Below, piece after piece: positions 54,986-64,000 of a DNA stretch of 64,000 nt. The notes beneath the pieces are model-generated. The model was not told the DNA's origin. It worked only from the letters and a program-made list of their open reading frames with translations, and did no database searches. The stretch's first letter is position 1. Every line of letters begins with the position of its first letter. Made by a program: the position numbers and the translations under genes. Source of the DNA: Octopus vulgaris (lineage: Eukaryota); assembly GCA_951406725.2 (NCBI GenBank), contig OX597828.1:21328001-21392000 (forward strand), in the 5' to 3' direction.

Positions 54986-55495
54986 AATGCCACATATTTC
55001 TGCCGCACAGTAACATACAACAGTGAGACGCCAAGATCGCCTAATACTCTCCGAGTGTTACTCGCTGGATTTGCATTTATGGCCTGGAGCATGGCTTCGG
55101 ACATCACGGTTTTAGGCCTACCTGACGCTGCTTAGTGTTCGAGGCTCTTGCAATTTCTTGAACTATCTGCTTACTGTACTGCTAACAACTATGCCTTCAA
55201 CTTTCGCACAGCAAATGTTTTCGATTACTTCTGCGATATTACGGTCTGGTACGAACTCGTAAAGCACAAGTTACCGAATTAAACTATGTTGCACCATCAT
55301 CTATGCTGTTTTCAAATCACATAGGGAGTGCAGCAATATACAGCATACCAGCGCACCAACTACCATGACACTACAAAACTCAACGGGTACCTTCTAGAGT
55401 TTGAACTGCTTCCGTCACGTGGTATATACGCAAACTAGCACGCATGCAAATACTGCCAGACTTTTGACTCGTCTCAATGCGCATGTATGTACGTA

Positions 55496-55733
55496 CAGTT
55501 GCGGCCAAAATGTTCAGAACGGCATTGTTTTCGTCAGAAAAGTAAGTATAAGTTATTATCAAAGTAGTTTTATATTCTATAATTTTCACAGACAATAAAT
55601 ACAATATTAATTGTTATTGTCTGAGATTCTGGTGTAATTTGAGAGGATAATACAAAAGTTATGGATGATTTAGTGATTTACTGCAAAACCCATGACGAAA
55701 ACAATGCCGTTCTGAACATTTAGGCCGCCACTT
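55496..55733. mobile_element. Tc1/mariner-type MITE
   Basis: ~41-bp TIRs CAGTTGCGGCCAAAATGTTCAGAACGGCATTGTTTTCGTCA / TGACGAAAACAATGCCGTTCTGAACATTTAGGCCGCCACT with TA on both sides. Confidence 0.88.
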
Positions 55734-55924
55734 TATGTATGTATGTATGTATATATATATATACATATATATATACACACACTCTCTCACATACATATAC
55801 ACATTTGTAAATATAGAAGTATTATTGCCGTTATTAATATTAATACGGCAATAGTAATATGGCTAGCAAGTTCACACCGTTAAATTTATCTTATATATAT
55901 CTATATACATACATACATACATAA

Positions 55925-55999
<75 letters not shown>

Positions 56000-56097
56000 C
56001 ATAAATATATACAGTTGCAGCGTGGAAGGTGTTTATAAGCCATTTAAGAAACACAAAAACCGTTAGATTCACTTTAACATTTAAATTTAATTTGTCA

Positions 56098-56197
56098 AAA
56101 TATTTTCGTCGCTTTGAGACCGCGACCTGTTCACTGGACAAAACTCTGTGCTGCACCTCAGGGAACAGGTCGCGGTCTCAAAGCGACGAAAATATTT
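56098..56197. repeat. Perfect 35-bp inverted repeat with 30-nt spacer inside a (TA)n-flanked island (56010-56262)
   Basis: AAATATTTTCGTCGCTTTGAGACCGCGACCTGTTC / GAACAGGTCGCGGTCTCAAAGCGACGAAAATATTT. Confidence 0.92.
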
Positions 56198-56266
56198 ATT
56201 GTTTTCGTTCCAACACACGATCTCAGATCAGGTCACTTGCAATACAAGTACATCTCCATAAATATA

Positions 56267-56347
<81 letters not shown>

Positions 56348-56353
56348 AGTCGC

Positions 56354-56537
56354 CATGATAGATTGTTTGCCACTACACACATTTTCTTCTCTCCTTGTTT
56401 TTTCTGTGACCCTTTCTGTAGAAGAGCGTAGGCTCGAAACATAAAAAGACTTTTTCTATTCCTGAGTGTCATACTAATACATCTGTTTGTTTTGTACACC
56501 ACCTGTCTTCGTCTTTTGTTTTTTTCGTAAACTCTCC
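56354..56537 (+). mobile_element. Hammerhead-like family H1 copy between (TA)n tracts
   Basis: CTGTAGAA-GAGC-GTAG-GCTC-GAAAC-ATA at 56416-56443; near-identical to 1190-1372. Confidence 0.8.
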
Positions 56538-56634
56538 CTATATATATATATATATATATATACATATACAAACACACACACATACATATATACATACAAA
56601 GATAGACGTGTATATCTATCTATCTACCTACCGA

Positions 56635-56670
<36 letters not shown>

Positions 56671-57339
56671 CACACACAAACACACACATGAACGCACATA
56701 CACAAATACACTCGCACATAAAACTCTACTGCAATATGGCGTAACATATTTTGCATCAGCAAGAATTCCTCTTGCGAACAAGAATATGAATATACATATA
56801 TGCACACATAGATAAGTATGAAAGCGTGTGTGTGTGTTTGTACGTTCGTGTGTGTGTGTGTATGTGTGTTTGCGTGTGTGTGTAAGCGAGTTAAACTTAG
56901 GTTTGTTCAGCTTCGCTATTTTTCATTATTCCCGTTCATTTTATTTTATTCTGTTCATTCTCCTGTCCAACTGTGAGTGTTTTTTTAATCCTTATATATA
57001 TGTTAACACATACACACGTCTTTAGCGTTTCATAGCCATATTGTTTTCTCGACATATATATATATATATATATACATATATATCTGGATATGAATCTATA
57101 TATTGTTATTGGTATGACAAAAACTGTTTACGAACTCGCTAAACCCTCACCTCTGACTGATTCAACACGTCCTTTCTTAAATATTAAAATCCCGTTTCAT
57201 TATTATTCTAAATCTCTTCCCAACAACAGCCGCAACAACAACACACTTCCTCTTCCTTTCCCTCTCCTACTAAATTTCCCCCCACTCTATTTCTTCGCCA
57301 TCTTTACACTTCCCATAGACTGGGGTCATGAGGAACCGA

Positions 57340-57410
57340 TTTTCTCTTTCTCTCCGACGAAGGACACAGTTAGAAACGTAAAGAATTTCTCCTCCCAGCG
57401 GCAAACGGAC
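57340..57410 (+). mobile_element. Diverged H1 relative
   Basis: CCGACGAA-GGACACAGTTA-GAAACGTA-AAGAATTTCTC parallels GAAACGTAAAAGACTTTCTC at 22923. Confidence 0.4.
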
Positions 57411-57546
57411 TTAAGAAAATGAAAACTTTAGAGTTCACCAATGAAAACAATTTCTGTCGACGTTGGCCACCACAACACTTCCCAGTTTATTATTTTCAAA
57501 CAAACGCGCACGCACAGACATGCACATACGTACACACACACACACA

Positions 57547-57588
<42 letters not shown>

Positions 57589-58084
57589 CATATATATATA
57601 TATATAAATTTTTTTATCTACCTATATCTCTCTCTATGTATATATACTTATACACACGCAGATATATATGTACATAGACATTCATACTCACGCATACACA
57701 CACATCAAATTATCTATCTTCCTATATCTGTATAGATATATACATCTGTTCATATATATATGGATATATTTATTCACATAGATACATATATATTTGGATA
57801 TATATATGTGTGTATATGTCTGTGTATTGTAAAGCATATATATATATATATATAAAATATATCAGGGGGAACCAGAATTTAATACAGACAACTAAATAAA
57901 AATATTTAATGTAGGTATATTTATTTATTAAAATAAAGCGAATTACAACATTTTTCTTTTTTTCTTTTGATTTCTTTGGACAGAATATACAAGCTCTCTG
58001 GCGAATTTAAAGTGAAGAACGTGAAGAAAACATGAAACACACGTATAGCAAAGTCTGTATTATCTATTAATATATTAGTCGCAT

Positions 58085-58507
58085 GCATCCTTTAGGGGTC
58101 GATTAGATAAGTACCAGTTACGCACTGGGGTCGATGTAATCGACTTAATCCCTTTTTTTGTCACCTCTACGTTTAGCCCCCCCCCCTGTGTGCAATAAAG
58201 AAATAAATATATTAAGTACATGAAAGGCGGCGAGCTGGCTGAAACGTTAGCACGCCGGGCAAAATGCTTAGCAGTATTTTGTCTGTCTTTACGTTCTCAG
58301 TTCGAATTCCGCCGAGTTCGACTTTGCCTTTCATCCTTTCAGGTTCGATAAATTAAGTACTAGTTGCGTACTGGGGTCGATGTAATCGACTTAATCCGTT
58401 TGTCTGTCCTTGTTTGTCCCCTCTATGTTTAGCCCTTGTGGACAATAAAGAAATAAGAAACGTTAGCACACCGGGCGAAATGCTCGGCAGTATTTCGTCT
58501 GTCTTTA

Positions 58508-58509
<2 letters not shown>
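58085..58509 (+). mobile_element. Tandem SINE family 1 array (partial, full with head, partial)
   Basis: Head AAGGCGGCGAGCTGGCTGAAACGTTAGCACGCCGGGC at 58224; unit restarts at 58459. Confidence 0.85.
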
Positions 58510-58541
<32 letters not shown>

Positions 58542-58989
58542 CAGGCTCCTTTGCAGCTTTCTTTTATTAAATTCACACAAAGGACTTTGTTTTATAAAAG
58601 AATACACTTGTGCAAAATGCCGCACAATGGTATTGAACCCGAAACCACGTGTTTATAAAATGGGCTTCTTCACTACTCTGCCATAACAGGAGATAGGAAG
58701 TCGCTCCAAGATCTAAAAGACAGAAGCATACTGGGATAATCGAATTATAATTACGGGAAGGCAGAAGGCAGAAAGGTATTGTAGGAATGTTTAGTGAAAC
58801 AGGGAGGTGGGGGAAAGAGAGAGAACGAACGAGAGACTAAAGATAGCTGTGATATTGCTCTAATTAAACCAAAGAGGATGTCATGAAATAATTATCATTG
58901 GTAATTAGAAGTACTCAAGAAAACAAATAAAAATCATTATTATTGTTATATGGTTAGTTAATTAATTTGTTATTATTCTAATAAGTGAA

Positions 58990-59262
58990 GGAGGGTGGCG
59001 CAGTGGCTCCCAATCCTGACGTTATGAGCTCGAATCCCGGACTGGGCTGCGTGTTGTGTTCTTGAGCAAGACACTTTATTTCACGTTGCTCCAGTTCACT
59101 CAGCTGTAAAAATGAATTGCAACATCACTGGTGCCAAGCTGTATCGGCCCCTTTACCTTTCTCTTGGATAACATCGGTGGCGTGGAAAGGAGAGGCTGTT
59201 ATGCATGGGAAACAGCTGGTCTTCCATAAACAACCTTGCCCGGACTTGTGCCTTGGAGGGGA
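58990..59262 (+). mobile_element. SINE family 4
   Basis: GGTGGCGCAGTGG..GAGCTCGAATCCC..GTGTTCTTGAGCAAGACACTT; matches 46910-47222. Confidence 0.8.
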
Positions 59263-59399
59263 TTCTGCTCGACCTCCGATTCAATGGCGGTGGGTATTTG
59301 CTTATTATCAACAATAGTCTTGTTTCTTTTTCCTGTTTTATCATTTTTTTTATCATTTTATCATTTTTTCTTTTATCATTTATTCGAAAGGAAAGGCAG

Positions 59400-59800
59400 T
59401 TCCCGTAACTCTTTACAAGTCGTCAGAGATAGAGGGGAAGGAGAGAGATGGAGGGAAAGCAGAAGGTATCTCAGATCCCGTGGCCTACCACGGATGCTTG
59501 CAGCAGTACAGATTCCGCTAAAGGCACCCACGGCACAAAGCGGCGGTGTTAAAATGGGCGATAGAATAAAGTCTACCATCCACATAATATATAAAAGCTG
59601 CACTCAGAACGCAAAGGATCAGACCCAATAACTCTGAGCATCCTGTCCGACATAGTTAAACTTCCTCGAAACCAACACCCTGGGAATACCGGAGTGTCTA
59701 CGAGGGTCTCTTCCTTATTAGTAATCACAGGATTTTGAATGCTTCGTTTCTGTTGAGATTCGATGTCTTTGACTAATCAAAAACTAGTTTAGTCATAGAC
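59400..59800 (-). pseudogene. Highly degenerate Tx1/L1-like RT fragment
   Basis: LVFD*SKT (cf. LDQSKAF) and MLRVIG..FAF*VQLLY (cf. VL..AGFG..F.GW..LY) occur in the expected order. Confidence 0.3.
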
Positions 59801-60042
59801 TCTGGTGTTACTTTATGGCTAGTGTTCATTATTTTTATGTCGCGGTCTCGGCAATATTTTGCGACGGAGACACGAGAAAAAATAGCCACAAACTAAAAAA
59901 AACAAACAAAACAAACAGAAATGTCTATTAAAATAATTCTATTCTTCATTATGAATATTTAACATAGTTTCGGCAAAAATCCAATTCACGAACAATTCCA
60001 TTTTTAGGTGTCAAAGTAGTTAAAAGAAACAATATACGTAGC

Positions 60043-60114
<72 letters not shown>

Positions 60115-60414
60115 CATATATATGCATATGTATATATATTCATGCATACATATAGATGCATGTATATATATATATATATATATATGCACACAAACACGCA
60201 CAAACACACACACATATATATATTTATGTATACATCTATATACATATACATGTATAAATATATATATATGTCTATATATATGTATGTATATATGTATATA
60301 TATGTATACACAAGCCTATATATATATGTATACATATGTATATAAATATGTATAAATGTATGTAAATCTATAAATCTATATATGTACTTGTATATGTGTG
60401 CATATATATAAACG

Positions 60415-60448
60415 TATGTATACATGTATGTGTGTATGTGTGTATACA

Positions 60449-60479
<31 letters not shown>

Positions 60480-60575
60480 AGACACACACATATATATATA
60501 TACACATACATATGATATATTCATATATATTCATATATTCATATGTATACATGTATGTGTGTATGTGTGTATACA

Positions 60576-60606
<31 letters not shown>

Positions 60607-60664
60607 AGACACACACATATATATATATACACATACATATGATATATTCATATATATTCATATA

Positions 60665-60668
<4 letters not shown>
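60415..60668. repeat. 127-bp direct duplication of a compound microsatellite
   Basis: Identical ORF starts [17 protein letters not shown] at 60524 and 60651. Confidence 0.85.
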
Positions 60669-60719
<51 letters not shown>

Positions 60720-61571
60720 GTATATATATGTATGTATGTATGTATACACACATGTATATTTGTGAAGCACAAATATTTATCCACGCATACATTGTAATGG
60801 TGAATGTGTACATAGGCACTAAAAGGTTGCTTACGATGTGTTGATAAAGATCGCTTGCAGGCTGGAACACGATCTGTTAGAAATAACATTGAAATGTTCT
60901 TCATCTCACACCCTACGCTATTCAGAAATCAAAGACACACATTGTAAAATATACTCCTAGATATACTACCAAAGTAGCGAGTTGTCAGAGTCGTTATAGC
61001 GTCGGAAAGAATGCTGCGGGTTATGTGATATGACTCTCAGCGCTGTGTTCAAATCCCGTTACGGCCAGCTTTGTCTTTTATTCTTTCAGGGTCGATAAAG
61101 AAAGTACCAGTGTTAGGCAATGGACTGGCCGAATTGTTAGAGAGCCAGAAATCTTATTTTGTGCTGTATGTTCTGGCTCTTTGCCCTCTTGCGTTCTAAC
61201 AGTCTGTTACAATATTAATTCGAAGCTGCATCGGCCTGAGTTTCCCTAGGATAAACGCTGGTTTTTCTCCCGGTAGAGAGCGGAGGCTTACATGCATAGG
61301 GAGCTACCCCTCAAGTTGTTGTTGCTGTCTTTTTCAGGAACAGAAAAATAAAAGTAGTTAAACAGGGTCCACAAACACGAGCAAATATATGATCAACCCT
61401 GAACGATCGAGGACAACAAAGATATATTGTCTAAATAAAAGTTAGGATGGTCATATACAGAACGTCTTTCATCATGGTTCTGCACAACCGCTTAAGATTT
61501 CTCCACATATATGTATTATATATACGTGTGCGTGTGTGTATACGTTCGTGTTTATAGCGTTTGTGTCTATG

Positions 61572-61624
<53 letters not shown>

Positions 61625-61669
61625 AGTTTTTATTAATCTTGTCGTATCACACATACACTCACACAGCAC

Positions 61670-62150
61670 GGATGGTATCCGGTGTGTTGGAAGATCACTG
61701 GGAGCGAGGCACCCCTTAGAATTTGTTAAAGCATGTCTCTTGGAGAAGGTCACTCTGATATAAAGCTGGGTCTGCAGAGAATAGTATTGGACATTTTTGG
61801 GATCTTTCGCTTGCGCTTGAGATCATGCCATGCCACACTCACATTCGTCAGTTGCGACCCATATTGACACTGGATATCTTGCCCTGTCTTGTCTCTGGAT
61901 CATGTTGGCAGGGTGTTGAGGGTCTGTGAGGTGGTGCAAAAGTCTCGTTGGACCGAGGTTCTTAGGTTGTGCAATTGACGGCGAGACGACTTTTCGATGC
62001 CCGGTCAAGTACGAGAGGGCCAAGGGGAGCCTTTAAGCTCCAGACATGGACTCAGGCAAAGCTGACTCCAGGTGCAATAACCTCACGCATGGGCATCGAT
62101 GGCATTTTGCATGTGCAATGGCCAATCGACAGTCTTCCTTAGTTACTAGC
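61670..62150 (-). pseudogene. Possible LINE C-terminal (CCHC) remnant
   Basis: TRQGK..ATDECECG..KCP resembles the RTG.G..WG..C.CG..H...CP end of non-LTR ORFs. Confidence 0.35.
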
Positions 62151-62194
62151 GGAAAACTATTATCACACACACACACATGTGTATGTGTGTGGAC

Positions 62195-62225
<31 letters not shown>

Positions 62226-62285
62226 TGTATGTATGTATGTATGTATGTATGTATGTGCCTGTGTGTGTAGGTATATATATATATA

Positions 62286-63477
62286 TAGGGGTTGGAAAAA
62301 ATAATGGAAGCACTTAGCATCATAGCATCATAATTTTGAAATATCTATAAAACCGTTAAAAGCTTATTTATTTTATATGTTTTTTTTATATTCATTATTA
62401 GTGTTGCTTAATATGTTTTGCTAAAATTGCTGTTTCTTTTCAGATATCATCACAAAAAAGCTAATTAAAATTCATTGAAATTAAAGATCTATCAGACTTT
62501 CAAAGAGGTCAAATTGTTGGTGTTCGTATGGCAGGCACTAGCGTAACGAAAACAGCCGAAATGTTTGGTGTATCAAGAAGTACTGTCTCGAAAGTAATGA
62601 CAGCCTTTGAGATAGAGGGAAAAATCCTCGCCGAAACAAAACTCCGGTAGACAACCAAAACTTTCAGATAGGGACCGTCGGACTCTTACGCGAATTGCAT
62701 GTGCAAATTACTGCAGAGCTTAAGGACCACCTCGAGAACCGAGTTTCCTCAAAAACTGTCGTCGGGAGCTGCACAAAGCTGAATTTCAGGGGTGGTCTGC
62801 AATCAGAAAACCACCTTCAAAAACAACGTTGCAAGGTGTTTAGAGTGGAGTAAAAACCTACAGAATTGGTTCCTAGTGCAGGGGAGGAATATAATTTTCT
62901 CGGATGAGTCATCCTTTACCCTTTTTCCAACCACCGTCCGAGTATACGTTTGGAAACAGCCAAATGAAGCATTTGATCCAGATTACATTCTTCCAACTGT
63001 TAAACATGGAGGAGGATCTGTGATGATCTGGGGTGGGGGTGGGGTGGCCTATATCTTGGAAAACTACCGGCCCAATGGTTTCCCTTCACGGGAGAATTAA
63101 CAGTCAAGACTATTTAAGCGTTTTATCTTATCAAGTTCATCCTATTGTTGCGGGACTGCTTCCGGAGGGAAACGCATTCTAGTGATGTTGAACATCTTAT
63201 CTGGCCACCACAGTCTCCAGATCACAATATTATTGAACATTTATGGTGCATTTTAGAAAAACAAGTAAGGAGTTGATATCCTCCACCATCATCACTACAA
63301 GAACTGGAGATTGTTTTAGCTGAAGATTGGACAAAAATTCCTTTGGACGCAATTCAAACTTTGTACGAGTCCATACCTCGTAGAATTCAAGCTGTAATTA
63401 CTGCCAAAGCGGTTCTACCCTATAGTACAATATTGTTTGAAATTTTAAGGTGTTTCCATTGTTTTGTCCAACCCCTG
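62286..63477 (+). mobile_element. Tc1-family transposon (defective) in (TA)n
   Basis: TIRs TAGGGGTTGGAAAAAATAATGGAAGCAC / GTGTTTCCATTGTTTTGTCCAACCCCTG with TA flanks; [66 protein letters not shown]. Confidence 0.92.
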
Positions 63478-63508
63478 TATATATATATATATATATATAT
63501 TATATATG

Positions 63509-63567
<59 letters not shown>

Positions 63568-64000
63568 TCATAAGTAACGAACCTAGAGAGAGCGGGATTA
63601 ACATGTAGAAGCATAATCTTTTTAAATAATCGAGTACTGTTAATGCGATATCAGTGGTTTCATACGCGGAAATTCGCAATTATTCAATGGTAATTTGAAT
63701 AATACTGGTATCTTAGTCATCTCGTCCCACTATGTATGTATATATGTATGTATGTACGAAGCGCGTCTGCAAAATTCTGACCCTCTAGCAAATTCACTGG
63801 AACCGCCTGGCTGTGCGACCGAACTCCTTAACCAAACAGCTACGCTTGTGATTATAACAGAATTCTTTTCCAGTTATGATTTCTTTTATTCCTCAATGCC
63901 CGAATATGAAAACTAAACAAACAAACAAATCGAAAACAAAACGAAGATATTGCAAATGAAAGATGTCATCAGTCTGAACCGATCAGTGACATTGTTTTAA

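Larger units (their letters stand above)
54062..55480 (-). mobile_element. Internally deleted mariner transposon
   Basis: RELVLYEF..STVSR*FKK (HTH region); LFNRKRALPQQVNARPHTARMT..PHPTFSPDLVPSGYYVF; degenerate TIRs AAAAGTTTTGCAGCATTTTG / CAAATACTGCCAGACTTTTGA. Confidence 0.8.

Overview
This is AT-rich, repeat-saturated animal DNA with no supportable host protein-coding exon. The microsatellite load and SINE families resemble an octopus/coleoid cephalopod genome; that assignment is inference. Nearly all listed ORFs are translations of (TA)n, (CA)n, (TATC)n, (CATA)n and (TAA)n tracts. Real coding remnants are all transposons: a 2.9-kb Tx1/L1-clade LINE inside (TATC)n; two head-to-tail arrays of R4/Dong-type (RLE) retrotransposon 3' ends inside (TAA)n; a rearranged RTE LINE; a CR1-like RT; Tc1 and mariner relics; and two Penelope-like (PLE) ORF relics. 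There is also a non-autonomous Helitron, several MITEs and at least four tRNA-derived SINE families. The most notable signal is about 10 minimal type-I hammerhead-ribozyme-like motifs in short non-coding repeats. One lies in a tRNA-headed, TSD-flanked element (54468-54985) that looks like a SINE with a Penelope-type 3' end. Others lie in a ~190-bp family with a non-canonical core. All coordinates and alignments were read by eye and are approximate.
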